A stretch of DNA of 62,950 bases, the filler included, from Octopus bimaculoides (Eukaryota), in NCBI RefSeq assembly GCF_001194135.2. It is 6 parts of 5 records of this genome, joined end to end, with 100 filler letters (N's around TTAATTAATTAA, not from the genome) between each part and the next. Parts side by side here need not be neighbours in the genome. Positions count along the whole stretch, not along the records: positions 1 to 20,550 come from NC_068983.1; positions 20,651 to 36,433 come from NC_068991.1; 4 more parts are not named here. One strand, written 5' to 3'. Position 1 is the first letter of the stretch. Each line of letters opens with the position of its first letter. Under the pieces are notes generated by a model, which searched no databases, was not told where the DNA came from, and saw only the letters and a list, made by a program, of their open reading frames with translations. Positions 12,019-25,745 of the stretch are shown piece by piece. The translations under genes and the position numbers were made by a program.

Positions 12019-14202
12019 CACTGAAAGCACTATAAATAAAAGGATTTAGGAAACATAGATTCTTTATTTCAGTCTACTTTTAGCTGTTAAAGTGGACACC
12101 ACACCGTTATTGATAGCTGCATTCGTCACTAATGGCATCAAGAGGTTGTAAGCATCCGGCAGATGGATTTTGTTATATTTGTGGTGATTTTTATCAAGAG
12201 AAGAGCAAAAAAGTACTGTGTAACATCTGCTAGAATGTGTGAGGCATTCATAGCATATTTCGCCATGCCTGTTGGGGCTCAGGATAAACACTGGGCGCCT
12301 CATTTCAGCTGCGAACTCTGCGAAACTGGATTGTAGAGTTTTCAAGTGTAAAACGTTTGGATTTTTGCTTTATATATTTTACCTCTTTTTTAATATACAT
12401 TGTACCAAACAATGACTAATGTAAATACATCTCTAATTGCAAATATTTCTTTATGGGTGGAAGATGATGAATGACTGGGAAAGCAATTTTAATATATTTG
12501 TATTTTTATACTCAATATTTTTATTTTTGTTTTTTTGCAGTATGGTACAGAGGGGAAAAGAGAGCCGTGAAATTCGCAATCCCGCGAATTTGCAGAGAAC
12601 CAACTGACCACTCAAACAACTGCTTCTTCTGTCTGAATGACCCTTCTAAACGTCGAGCTGGCCGGAATGCACGTGCTTTCATATATCCAGAGATTCTGTT
12701 ATCAATCGCCCCAGTGTCACACTGTCCTGAGCCCTCAGAACCCACTCCTCCAAAGAGAGAGAAACCACCCTCAGAAGGGATCAACACTCGAGAAGAGGTT
12801 GAAATCGTTGATCCAGATTTCAGAGCTGCAGCTACAGACAGAAACCCAACTACTCCAACAAAAAAGACCTCAACGACCTTATCAGATATCTTGGTCTTAC
12901 AAAGTCCAATGCTGAACTTTTCGCATCGAGACACCGGTAGTTGAATTTGTTACATGAAGGTGTGCAGGTCACAAGTCAGAGAAAGCGCAACCAGTATTTT
13001 TCACCAGTCAAGATACGCTTTGCTTCTGCCATAATCTGACTGGTTTGTTTAAGGCTATTGGAATTGCTTGCAATGGCATTGACAGCTCATCCAAGAACCA
13101 CAAAGTCGTACTACTTCACAACGGGAATATGCATCCATCTTTCCCTGGCTAACACAGTGCAGCTCATAGAGGAATACAGCAGCGTGAAGATCTTTCTTAA
13201 AGCCTTGAAGTATGAAAATTACGATTGGGAGGTTATTGGAGACTTTAAAATTGTGACTTTTCTGATGGGTCTCCAAGGTTTTACCAAGTTCCCATGTTAT
13301 CTTTGCCTTTGGAACAGCAGGGCGACTGCAGAACACTACCACAACAGACCGAGTTCAGTGCGGGGAAGATAAACAACAAATGGGAGCCACTGTTGAACCC
13401 CCGGAAAGTATTGTTTCTCCCCTGCACATAAAATTGGGTTTTATGAAACATTTTTTTTCGGCTCTAGATTAGTAGTCTGCAGCCTTCAGATATCTTAAAG
13501 AATTTTTTCCCTAAGCTGTCTGAAGCAAAGATGAAAGCCGGTCGGATCGTCGGTCCAGAAATAAAGAAGGTCTCAGAGTGAAAAGAATTCCCTAAGAAGC
13601 TCACTGAGATGGAGGAATCAGCATAGAACAGCTTTGTTGCAGTGGTTCGATGGTTCCTGAAAAATCACAAAGCCGTAAACTATGGAGAGATTGTTGAGAC
13701 GCTGGTGGAAAACTATGGAAAAATGAACTGCAGGATGACCCTCAAAGTCCACATCCTTGACGCTCATCTTAATAAATTTAATAACATGGGAGCGATTCCA
13801 CCAAGATATAATGGACTTTGAACGCCGTTACCAAGGATCATATAACGAAAATATGATGGGAGGCTATATTTGGTCTCTTATTTGTGAAAGAAATTTACAG
13901 TATTAGCGTAAATCGCGAAAAACCACTCGCTTCTAAATATTTTGTGGTATCTTTTCTGCAATCATAGAATAAATAAATGACACCTTTGAATTATATGTTG
14001 TTTTGATCTTAATTTGAATGAATGGGAATGTTAACATTTGCCGGCTTTCCGAATGGTATTAGTTAAACTTAAGAAATATCTTTATGCTGGCCAGAAAAAA
14101 ACGAAGTTTGAAGTAAATAATAGCTATTGTTCATACTTTCTAGACCTAACCATATAGGAAATATCATTTCTTTCCGAAAGACAAAAGTTGTGCTACGTAG
14201 TG
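12019..14202 (+). mobile_element. Chapaev3-like (CMC superfamily) DNA transposon, ~2.2 kb, defective
   Basis: CACT...AGTG termini (cactgaaagcac / gtgctacgtagtg) with TTA after the right end; encloses the transposase relic. Family name is from recalled motifs. Confidence 0.7.
12132..13936 (+). pseudogene. Chapaev3-like transposase pseudogene with an intron
   Basis: MASRGCKHPADGFCYICG...QDKHWAPHFSC, then AT-rich intron ending ttttttgcag at 12540, WYRGEKR...REPTDHSNNCFFC, IGDFKIVTFLMGLQGFTKFPCYLCLW, LHIKLG, RFHQDI...FERRYQG; several frameshifts and stops. Confidence 0.8.
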
Positions 14203-14509
14203 TTATTAATACACGCACGCACGCACACACACACACACACACACNNNNNNNNNNNNNNNNNNNNNNNNNNNNNNNNNNNNNNNNNNNNNNNNNNNNNNNN
14301 NNNNNNNNNNNNNNNNNNNNNNNNNNNNNNNNNNNNNNNNNNNNNNNNNNNNNNNNNNNNNNNNNNNNNNNNNNNNNNNNNNNNNNNNNNNNNNNNNNNN
14401 NNNNNNNNNNNNNNNNNNNNNNNNNNNNNNNNNNNNNNNNNNNNNNNNNNNNNNNNNNNNNNNNNNNNNNNNNNNNNNNNNNNNNNNNNATATATATATA
14501 TATATATAT

Positions 14510-15724
14510 TAATACGGGTCAGGACCAGCTTTGGCAATAATTGCAGCTTGAATTCTACGAGGTATGAACTCGTACAAAGTTTGAATTGCTTCCAAAGGCC
14601 TTTTTGTCCATTCTTCAGCCAAAAGAGTCTCTAGTTCTTGTAGTGATGATGGTGGAGGATATCGACACCTTACATGATTTTCTAAAATGCACCATAAATG
14701 ATTAATAATATTGAGACCTGGGGACTGTGGTGGCCAGATAAGATGTTCAACTTCACTAGAATACTCTTCGTGTCATTCAGTAACAACTTTAGCTGTGTGA
14801 ATCGGTGCATTATCATCCTGAAATATTGCATTTCCCTCCAGAAATAGTTACGCAAACATAGGATGAATTTGATAAGATAAAATGGTTAAATAGTTGACTA
14901 TTAATTCTGCCACGAAGCAAAACCATTGGGCCGCCGGATTTCCAAGCTATAGCCCGCCTCAGATCATCACAGTTCCTCCCCCATGTTTAATAGTTGGAAG
15001 AAGGCAATCTGGGCCAAATGCTTCTTTTGGCTGTCTCTAGAGGAATACTCGGCCCGTGGTCGGAAATAAGGTAAAGGATGACTCGTCCGAGAAAATAACA
15101 TTCTTCCACTGCTGTAGGGACCAATTTTGTAGGCTTTTACTCCAGTGTAAACACTTTGCAACGTTTGTTTTTAAAAGCAGTGGTTTTCTGATTGCAGCTC
15201 TCCCGTGAAATCCGGATTTGTACAGCTCCCGGCAAACAGCTTTTGTGGAAAGTGGGTCATTAAGCCCTGCAATAATTTTGGGAGCTGTACTTTGTGATCT
15301 TTTCTAACAATTTGCGTAATAGTCCGACGGTCCCTCTCAGAAAGTTTTGCTTTTCTTCCGGAGTTTTGTTTCGACGAGGAGGCTTTCCTCTCTTTCTCAA
15401 AGGTTGTCATTACCACCGAAGACAGTACATCTTGATAATTTAACATTTCGGCTGTTTTCGTTATGCTTACGCTTGCCATATGAACACCAACCATTTGACC
15501 TCTTTGAAAGTCCGCTAGATTTGTCATTTTAATGAATTTTAATTATCTTTTTCTAACGATATCTGAAAAGAAACAGCAATTTTAGCAAAACATATTAAGT
15601 AACACTAATTATAAATAAAAACAATTTAGAATGAACAAGCTTTTGACGGTTGTATACATATTTCAAAATTATGATGCTATGATGCTAGATGTTTAAATGC
15701 TTCCATTATTTTGTCCAATCCCTG
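14510..15724 (-). mobile_element. Tc1-like transposon, defective; 5' TIR present
   Basis: MTNLADFQRGQMVG...SGRKAKLSERDRR (HTH), FSDES-type, TIKHGGG, FQDDNAP, WPPQSP, IPRRIQA motifs; TIR cagggattggacaaaataatggaa preceded by TA on the minus strand. Confidence 0.85.
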
Positions 15725-16857
15725 TATATATATATGTATGTGTGTGTGTGTGTGTGTATACTGATGTTCCCACACTCATACATGTATATACACGTTTCCC
15801 AGCAAGAGCAAAATCATTAATAGTGAGTGACTAAGAACATTGAGATGTGCGTATTTGTACGAATTCAAGTGAAGTTATGTTTAAAAACCAAGTCCTCATT
15901 TATTACGATGGTTTGGTGTATTTCAATCAAATTTGTATGTTTTTACATCTACATGCGAATATGTGTGAATATATATAATATGCATCTATATGTGTATATA
16001 TGTTTGTGTATATATGTATATGTACACACACAAACACACAACCGCACGCGTTCATACAGAAGAAATAAAACACTAATGTTCACATTAAAACATTGAAGGT
16101 GTTTTCAGTAAAGATATATGACATAGAGAGACTGCAGCTGCCACACTATTAAAGTTTGATATATGTTCACGTAGGCGTGCATAAATTATGTAGTTAGCAT
16201 CTTCTATATAAGCGAAAACCATATATGGACATAGAGTCATACTGATACTAAATAGATTAATAGAGAATACACTGATTGCCAATGGACTCTCGCTCTTGTA
16301 CTAGTTGTAATGGTTATGGCATTTAAATAACATGTTGCAAATTGACATTATAGGTGGCAAATTTGCTGCGTGGTTTAAATAGTTGGAGAGAATTATTTTC
16401 GAAAATTATTCCGACTTACTGAGCTCGTATTTCAAATCCTGCCGAGATCAATAATCCTTTTCATCCATATATGTTCGATAAAATTAGTACCGCTGAATCG
16501 CAGTGAATTGAAGTAAGTGAAAGAAAGCTGAACCACAGTTTGGAATCTGGTATTTGTTCCAACTCTTACAAATCTGAGTTCAAATCTTACTACAGCCTAA
16601 ATGGAGAGTAGAATTAACCCGTCACCCGGTTTAACAGTATTAACTTGTCTTTCGGTATCACAAGCAATTTTGTTGCAAGAATTCATACTAGATTTCCTGT
16701 TTGAGTATAAATTTCTCTCTACTTCCCAGTTTATATCCGATGCGCTCTATCTTCAGCAGGAAACTAAGCACAAACACGCACATGCACAAACACACACACA
16801 TTGCGCGCGCACACACACACACGCAGTGACTGGAAAGCTCACATGCACACAGGCACA

Positions 16858-16905
<48 letters not shown>

Positions 16906-18139
16906 TATATATATATATATATATACATATTTATACACACACAAACGCGCATACCTACACACTCATACATAGATATATTTGTGTGGAAGTGAGCATATTT
17001 ATGCATATAAGTTTAAATGTCGTGTCGCATATTTGATATGAGCACTTTAAGAATTACCAGTTTATACATTCCAATGCTTATACCTTAATTTGCTGATTAC
17101 TTTGTACCATTGTGGTAAAGTTTGTATCGGTTTCACCCTTTTAGGTCAAGACGCTATCGGATCCTACATGGTGTATGATTTCAAAGTGGCTCTCCAGCAA
17201 TGGAAGCACCAAGAAATATTCATTCAATCATTGTAAATGAAAGAAGCAAGTGATGATTTGTATCTTTCCGTCCTGGAAATATTTCTTGTTCAGGTTCCTT
17301 TCCATCTAGGTGAGCAAGTTCTTTCAATATTAAGAAATGCCTAATTGAGAGAAATCGAAAGCAAATTGCCCAATAATTTGCAAAATATTTCAATACAAGT
17401 TACTTCATAAAACAACATCATGAACTAGAGTAAGTGTCAAAACTTGATCAGTGAATCCCTTATAATTTCAGTGCACCTTAACTTAACCAAAGAACTTCCC
17501 TGAGTTCATCATCGAAGAGTGGACGCGCTGCCGAACAGTAGAATCATCACAAGTGTTGAAAGAGTGTTTCCTGATTTTATATCCAACGAAAAGGACAATG
17601 GTTAGCACATATAATAAACGAGTACCCATCATAAATCCAGGATTGCAGCGAGGATTTTGGCGCATTGGTCAGCCATTCCACCTATTTCATGTACCAGTTC
17701 ATATGTGCTTCCACGTCGTGTGGAAAATAAGTTTCAATTCTACACAGATATCACCATCCCAACACCATACATATAAAAAGAATTGTAAAGAAATATACTA
17801 AGGATTGTTTTGAAAATGGCGCACTCAAGAAGACTTAAGCATTCCCATCAAGACAGCAGAGATAAATGTTGATATATTGAACATCAATGTGGTCACTCTC
17901 ATTGTTAGATGATCGAGTTTCTCAATTTAAGAGAACTACACAAAGTAGATTAGCAAATGTAAACATATCAATCTGTATATGTCACACATACTCCCGAAAT
18001 ACAGCAAAAGAAATGAAGTAGCTTGACAGCATCTTCATTTACCGCGGAGAAAGGAGTTGTGCTCCAGATATATCGAAGTATAAGGTAGAGTGAAACTAGT
18101 AGTGTTTTTACTGTTTTACTTCAAACTTATATATATAAG

Positions 18140-18325
18140 CGCAGGCGTGGGGAAAGTCTCAGGCATGATTATCTTTGAAACAGTTTGCTTTCCAACCACA
18201 TGGTTCCAGGTGTAGTCCAACTGCAAGGCACCGTGTGAAAGTGTCTTGTAGTATAGCCACGCACGGATCCAACCCTTTTTACGTGATGTAGTAGACGAAA
18301 ATGGAGAGAGGCTCACCGTGTATTC
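18140..18325 (+). mobile_element. SINE family B 5' half, degenerate
   Basis: ttgctttccaaccacatggttccagg...gtgtcttgtagtatagcc aligns with the head of the full copy at 49033-49435. Confidence 0.65.
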
Positions 18326-19645
18326 GGTTAGTTTCTACCTATATATCAAAATGATATAAACGTATAAGCAAGTATTCTGTTGATTCTTCCTCTGAATGAA
18401 TATTAACCTATTCGTATCTACTAAACCAAACACGGTTGAAGGCGATACTTCAGAAGTTGGTTTACTGCATTCTCCGAACTTGCTGGATTTGTGCAAAAAT
18501 TTGAAACCAATATGTCTAGTTGCTTTGCTTTAATTTGATGAAAATTCAAAAGTAGTAACTCGAAGGTTAAAATATTTAGGCCGAGTAATGTTAAAATTTA
18601 AATTTATTTAATGTACACAAGATCCCAAATGTAGTGATTAGGAGGTAGAAATTTACATAAAATTAATATTTCGGGTGAGGGTAAGTTTCCTGATTTGAAA
18701 TACAAGCATGAATATAGTGGTAAATTGGATTGCACAAGAGTAGGTTTAAAAGTATGTTTGAAAATGATTGGACTACACGGAAGAAACATATTTTCACTTA
18801 CAAATGCACATACATATATTTACAGACTCAAGCATTCGCACTCATACATTCATATTCACTTTTACCCGCATACAGAAACATCAAAATTTATAGAATAGAT
18901 ATATACTCAAATAAACGCACAAATGCAAACGACAGACTAAACAAACACGTGCACGCACATACAAAAGGATAAATATTAGACACATCCACATGCACATACA
19001 CACTCACACACGCAAACACCGACAAATGTTTCTCTTCATAAAACAAAACTGTACATAACATGGACCCAGTATACTTGTATGTTTCCAAATCGAGGGGCTG
19101 ATGGAAAACACGTCAATAACGATAATATAATGAGAAAGAGACTATAGCTAGAATAAAATTATATACGCATTGATTGTATGTATACTTAATGCAGTGAAAG
19201 CTGCACTGCTATTTATTATACAATCAACACAATTGAAGCTACATAGGTGGTAGTATATACAAGTAGATATTATTTATTTACAAGCTAACATTCCTAATTG
19301 ACGTCATAGTAGAATAACCGTTTACTCTAGCAGTCTCTCACTATCACAAAATATCATGCATTCTGTAATGTTCTGATATATATGCTAAATATTATCCGTT
19401 TGTGTTAGTCACCTATACACCCCCACATGACAGACAATATACGTGTGTATATATGTGTGTGTGTGTGTGCGTGCGCGTGTGTGTATATTTGCGTGCATGC
19501 GTGCGCGCGCGCGCGCGTGTGTGTGTATGTGTTGTTTGGATCATTTATCTTTGTCTACTACTTGTTTCAGTTATTGCATTGCGGCCAGGCTGGTGCTTAG
19601 TCGAACTAATCGATTTCAGTACTTATTCTATCGATCTCACACAAA

Positions 19646-19698
<53 letters not shown>

Positions 19699-19700
19699 TG

Positions 19701-19733
<33 letters not shown>

Positions 19734-19786
19734 GAGACACAGACACACACACACACACACACACATGAATATATATATATATATAT

Positions 19787-19995
19787 AGGGAGAATTCACA
19801 AAAATAACAAAAGAGGAAGCCAGGTAGTGTAGACAACAAACAAATGTATTAGTTTAATGCTCGAGAAGTGAAAAAGTCTTTAACCTTTCGAGCCTACGCT
19901 CTTCCACACAAAAGAACAGAGAAAGAAGCAAAGAGGGAAAATAAAAATGTGTAGTGGCTAGCGATCTATCATGGCGAATGCCGGACAGAGGGCTC
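19787..19995 (-). mobile_element. Short Penelope-like/retrozyme-like repeat (family H1), copy 1
   Basis: Homologous to 35799-35980 (gggagaattcac...tagacaacaaa...tttcgagcctacgctcttc); both abut a (TA)n tract; carries a hammerhead-like motif. Confidence 0.6.
19878..19914 (-). ncRNA. Degenerate hammerhead-like motif (family H1)
   Basis: CUUU-UGUGUGGAA-GAGC GUAG GCUC-GAAAG-GUU-AAAG; stems kept, core mutated relative to 35889-35924. Confidence 0.35.
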
Positions 19996-20249
19996 AAAGA
20001 GGAGAGCTAGGAAGAAGGGGAGATAATAGAGTAGTGGTGATCCTGCAGCGAAGATGCACTTGCGTGTGTATAAGAGAGTATGCATGTGCGNNNNNNNNNN
20101 AGGGGAGATAATAGAGTAGTGGTGATCCTGCAGCGAAGATGCACTTGCGTGTGTATAAGAGAGTATGCATGTGCGTGTTGAAGAGGTCTGATGACCTTGA
20201 CGTGTGCGCGTGTGTATGTGTAGGCGTGTGACTGTGGGGCTGGGAAGTG

Positions 20250-20550
20250 GTCAGTACTAGTGTGTGCGTGGTGGTGTGATGTGACGTGATGTGTTGTGTG
20301 GTATGGTGGTGTACGGTGTAGTGGTATGGTGTGGTGTGATGGTGTTGGGAGGTGGGAGAGGCGAGAGTGGAGGAAGCAAGGGTGGGGTGTGGGTGAGGCT
20401 CAGAGTGCGAGTAGAGGTGGGGCAAGTGGGAGTAGAGGTGGGGCAAATGGGAGTAGGTGTAAGGGATGGGGTGGGGTAGGATAGATAGATAGGAAAGGTG
20501 GGTTTGGATTGTGTAGGGGTGGGGATACGAGGGAAGGGTAACAATGAAGG
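20250..20550. repeat. G/T-rich low-complexity tract with G-runs
   Basis: gtggt/ggggc/gggagtag repeats; source of the H/T/P-rich ORFs. Confidence 0.8.
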
Positions 20551-20594
20551 NNNNNNNNNNNNNNNNNNNNNNNNNNNNNNNNNNNNNNNNNNNN

Positions 20595-20606
20595 TTAATT
20601 AATTAA
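20595..20606. other. Artificial scaffold linker TTAATTAATTAA
   Basis: Centred in 44 N + 12 nt + 44 N; identical structure occurs five times. Confidence 0.95.
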
Positions 20607-20650
20607 NNNNNNNNNNNNNNNNNNNNNNNNNNNNNNNNNNNNNNNNNNNN

Positions 20651-20697
<47 letters not shown>

Positions 20698-20726
20698 CAT
20701 ACATACATATACGTATACGTATATAT

Positions 20727-20774
<48 letters not shown>

Positions 20775-20996
20775 ACATACACACGTATATTCCTATACAC
20801 ACATATATGAATGTATATGTGTGTATATATTTATATATGAATCAAAGTAGTGAGTAACTAAACCAACATACATATAAACAAACAAACGTGCAAAAAGTAA
20901 GTAAATACATTATATACAAAACACACAATGTGTATGCATGTGTGCCCGTGTGTGCATGTGGGTCTGTGTGAGTTTCTGTGCGTGTGTGTGCGTGTG

Positions 20997-21076
<80 letters not shown>

Positions 21077-21645
21077 AATAGACAGCTATAATAAAATGAC
21101 AATATTGAAGTCAACTACTGGAACATGTCGGTCAATGAACGACGCTTATTCTAGATGTTTCGCTTTTCAATACATTCTGTAAAGAATTATTGCTATTAAT
21201 TCACTATTCTGACTTTGACAGACTCTCTGTGATGCTTTACTCAGTGTTCTTGTTGTCATTGTTATTGTTATTGTTATTGTGGGCTGTTATAAACTGTAAG
21301 CTGTTGTTGGTGTTTGTCTTAATGTCGATGGTGGCTGCGACGATGGCCTGGTCGCTTTATTATAGTTATTTATTTATTTATTCGTTTGTGTTTTACCTTT
21401 ACCGCCATTAAATCAATGGTGAAAAATAAGACGAACAACAATATATTTTTCTATCACATATAGCTGTTGTTGTTGTTGATGTTTGTGGTGGTGGTGGTGG
21501 TGGTAGTGATGTCGTTGTTGTTGTTGTTGTTGTTGCTGTTGTTGTTCTCCTGTCTTTGTATATAGAACTTGCATCCATCTCGCTGTTTCAATAAAATGTC
21601 TCCATTCTTGCATTAGCAAATGTGTCAAATGCTTCTATCTATTGA

Positions 21646-21698
<53 letters not shown>

Positions 21699-21722
21699 AT
21701 CTATCTCTCTCTCTCTCTCCTT

Positions 21723-21766
<44 letters not shown>

Positions 21767-22149
21767 GTCTATCTCTATATGTCTATCTCTCCATTTATAT
21801 GTATATCTTTTTATCTATCTGTCTGTCTTTGTATTTATTTATCTTGTTTGTCTTTCTATCTATTCATCGGTCTGTCTGTCTAATTATGTATGTATGTATT
21901 TATCTATCTATATATGTGTGTGTGTGTCTGTGTGTGTGTCTGTGTGTCTGTGTATAACGGCGATAATCCATCATGGACGCAGCTCTCGAGTTGAAATGAG
22001 TAAAAAATAGAATTATTCTTTCTCGTTGTATACATATGAATACGCGCACACACGCACACGCACACACACACACACACATACATACACACATATACGCACA
22101 CGCACACGCACGCACACACACACACACACACATGTATATATACTGTAGA

Positions 22150-22433
22150 GTGGAGTGAAAGCATTTGAAGAGGAAAGGATAACACAAGTAAGACTCAGAA
22201 GAGATCTAAGGAAGAATGTAACGATTGAGGTGAATGACAATGACCTTTTTGTACGTACAGTCTGTGACAGACCATGCCCGTCTGTTGCCGGTCTCAAATC
22301 TTATCTGCGAACGCATGGAAAACAAACCTCCACCAACTATTCTGCCTCTATGACTGTGCACACCTTTGAATGCAGTGTATGCCAGAAGGTTAGCAAATCC
22401 AACGGAGGCCTCAAGCCCTTCGTTGGGAAATAG
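22150..22433 (+). mobile_element. RTE-type LINE 3' ORF fragment with C2H2-like fingers
   Basis: GVKAFEEER...VCDRPCPSVAGLKSYLRTH...FECSVCQKVSKSNGGLK. Confidence 0.6.
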
Positions 22434-22444
22434 AACAAGGAAGG

Positions 22445-22925
22445 AAAAAAGGTTAGATTTCTTTATCATAAGCAGACATTGGCTTGAAGTTCATTATTAG
22501 GGTCTATCTTTGGTGACAGCAATGAGGTAGTTCGGTTTTCCTTTTGATGAATATCGCAGGCTGCTGAAGTATGAGCAATTTGTCACAGAAGCAACATTTG
22601 CAATTCTGAACTCCAGCGAGTCAAGAGGAACCTTGGCAAGAATACCTCATGTGACCTGAGCAAAGTCATTTCTATTGTTCCGGAATCTCCAGATGAAGCA
22701 GGTCTAGGAGATACATGTGTTCCTTGAATCTTACCTAAAAATCATTAGTTCTCATGCCTGTGTAGTATCTCCTGATGCTATTATATATGAAGATGGTTCT
22801 GTAGACTACAGCCTTCGACTAACAGGATCCTCCCACTGAAAAGATTCCCACAGTTCCAGTTTGGAGTGTGGTGTGAAGACTTTTAGGCCTGTTTGATTCT
22901 ATTGCAGTGAGCAACGTTAGGAATG
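22445..22925 (-). mobile_element. Probable RTE-type LINE endonuclease-region relic
   Basis: Heavily interrupted frames with NVAH...LGIQE-type and CYSP-region resemblance; weak. Confidence 0.4.
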
Positions 22926-23249
22926 ATATTATCTGAGTATCAGAAACTAACGTTGACGTTGTAGGAATTAAAGTGTTTACCTTATATATGGCTTTTTTTA
23001 AAGAAATGCCATCTAATTAACCTCGGGACGTCCCTAGCTACATTAGTGGAAACAACTAAATTGCATGGGGGATTAAACCAGATTACCTATCTCTGTCTAA
23101 CTCACAACTACTTCTTTTCCACTCATGCATTCACTTTCTCCTCACAACTCGATATTTTTGTCTCTGACTTCCCCTCACTTCACTTTCTGAACGCCTGTCT
23201 TTCTTTTACACTCCCTCTTTCTTATCACCCCTACACACACTCACACACG

Positions 23250-23291
<42 letters not shown>

Positions 23292-23356
23292 TCCTATCTT
23301 CTCCTCTCCTGATTTCTCTCTATATATCTTATTCTCTGTCTCTGTCTGTCTGTCTT

Positions 23357-23644
23357 CTTAAGTACGAAATAGCCCGGCTATGGAAAATTAAGAAGGTGAA
23401 GATAGTACCAATTATCGCTGGGATCCTTGGGGAGAGTATCAGAAGGCATCAAGAGGAATATAAAGGAAATTGGAATAAAGTGCCCAGTAGAACTGTTACA
23501 AAAGGTTTGCCTCCATGGCATGGCTAGAATAATCAGGAAAGTATTAGATAGCTGAAAAGAACAGATAGCGTGGTACCGTAGGCTGCAGGTAACAAGACTG
23601 CTACGCATGTAAGTCTCCAGGAGTCCCAACAAAACCTGTGATAA

Positions 23645-23648
<4 letters not shown>
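23357..23648 (+). mobile_element. R4/Dong-like LINE 3' end (RLE C-terminus plus 3' UTR) followed by (TAA)n
   Basis: LKYEIARLWKIKKVKIVPIIAGILG...VELLQKVCLHGMARIIRKVLDS* (stop 23553-23555), ~90-nt UTR, then a TAA array. Confidence 0.85.
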
Positions 23649-23710
<62 letters not shown>

Positions 23711-23711
23711 T

Positions 23712-23902
23712 TCAAATATTGGCACAAGACCAGCAAGTTCGCGGGAAGGGAGTAAGTCGATTACAAGGTAATCGACTTACTCCCTCACGCCACTACTCGA
23801 CTGGTATACTTAATTTCACGACCCCGAAACGATGAAAGACAAAGTCGACCTCGGTGGAATTTGAACTAAGAACGTTAAGGATGGACGAAATGCCGCAAAG
23901 CA
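23712..23902 (-). mobile_element. SINE family A copy between (TAA)n arrays
   Basis: gatgaaagacaaagtcgacctcggtggaatttgaact core. Confidence 0.85.
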
Positions 23903-23979
<77 letters not shown>

Positions 23980-24509
23980 TAGTGTCGTTTTTCAATAAAG
24001 TCTGATGGCTTCAGAGAGAAAGTGCTTGCTCTTCTTACGAGTTTAGTAGTTTCAAATAATGCAAATGTTTGTGCGGCATGGCTTGTGTTTATTTATTTAT
24101 TTATTTCTTAACGTATTTATTTTCATTTGTAGCTGTTTGAAGTAGAATGGAAAGCAGTTTTTGTTTCTTGCTTTTTTGTTTTTCTTTTTTTTTTTTAGGA
24201 CCAGAAGCTTACTAATCTGACAATTTATTATTACTCCTCTCCATACTTGATGTAAACCCCTACTGGTTTTCAATGTGTCCATTTAATGTATCATATCCGA
24301 CGCCCTTGTGGCAATAACAGAATCGTCGTCGTCGTCGTCATCACCATCATCATTGTCGTCGCCGTGGGTCGTTGTTATTATTATTATTATTATTATTATG
24401 TTCCATTTATTTAGTCCCTCACCCCCGCTCGATACTAAAGCTCCGCTGTCTAATATTTTTTTTGCTTTTGTAACCTTCCCCATCTATCGTCACTGGGCCG
24501 AGGCAAGAA

Positions 24510-24565
<56 letters not shown>

Positions 24566-24579
24566 CATTATTATTATTA

Positions 24580-24640
<61 letters not shown>

Positions 24641-25205
24641 CATCATTATTATTATTATCNNNNNNNNNNNNNNNNNNNNNNNNNNNNNNNNNNNNNNNNN
24701 NNNNNNNNNNNNNNNNNNNNNNNNNNNNNNNNNNNNNNNNNNNNNNNNNNNNNNNNNNNNNNNNNNNNNNNNNNNNNNNNNNNNNNNNNNNNNNNNNNNN
24801 NNNNNNNNNNNNNNNNNNNNNNNNNNNNNNNNNNNNNNNNNNNNNNNNNNNNNNNNNNNNNNNNNNNNNNNNNNNNNNNNNNNNNNNNNNNNNNNNNNNN
24901 NNNNNNNNNNNNNNNNNNNNNNNNNNNNNNNNNNNNNNNNNNNNNNNNNNNNNNNNNNNNNNNNNNNNNNNNNNNNNNNNNNNNNNNNNNNNNNNNNNNN
25001 NNNNNNNNNNNNNNNNNNNNNNNNNNNNNNNNNNNNNNNNNNNNNNNNNNNNNNNNNNNNNNNNNNATTATCATTATTATTATTATCATTATTATTATTA
25101 TTACCATTATTATTATTATTATTATCATTATTATTAATATTATTATTATTATCATTATTATTATTATCATTATTATTAATACTATTATTATTATTATTAT
25201 TATTA

Positions 25206-25242
<37 letters not shown>

Positions 25243-25545
25243 CATTATTATTATTATTATTATTATCATTATTATCATTATTATTATTATCATTATTATT
25301 ATTATTATTATTATTATCATTAATATTATTATTATCATTATTATTATTATTATTATCATTATTATCATTATTATTATTATTATTATTATTATTGTTATTA
25401 TTATTATCATTATTATCATTATTATTGTCATCATCATCATCGTCACTATTATTATTATCATTTTTATTATTATTATCATCATCATTATTATTACTATTAT
25501 TTCTATTATTAATATCATCATCATCATTATTATCACTATCATCGT
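24510..25545. repeat. Large (ATT/ATC)n array spanning a gap
   Basis: Direct reading; source of the poly-I/N/Y ORFs. Confidence 0.95.
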
Positions 25546-25546
25546 T

Positions 25547-25745
25547 AAGGTGGCGAGCTGGCAGAATCGTTAGCACGCCAGGCGAAATGCTATTACGTTC
25601 TGAGATCAAATTCCGCCAAGGTCGACTTTGCCTTTCATCCTTTCGGGGTCGATAAGATAAGTACCAGTCGAATACTGGGGTCGATGTAATCGACTGCTCC
25701 ACTTACCCCCAAATTTATGCCCTTGTCGCCAAATTTGAAACTATT
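25547..25745 (+). mobile_element. SINE family A copy with (ATT)n tail
   Basis: aaggtggcgagctggcagaatcgttagcacg...gtcgactttgcctttcatcc. Confidence 0.9.

Noticed and set aside
17472-17600. Splice-bounded frame HLNLTKELP*VHHRRVDALPNSRIITSVERVFPDF with in-frame TGA (selenocysteine?)
   Set aside because: No recognisable selenoprotein family or SECIS element; an ordinary stop or non-coding DNA is more likely.
20016-20175. 75-bp direct repeat
   Set aside because: Identical copies either side of a 10-N gap; unmerged contig overlap.
20350-20550. G-quadruplex-prone tract
   Set aside because: Low-complexity repeat beside gaps, with no functional context.
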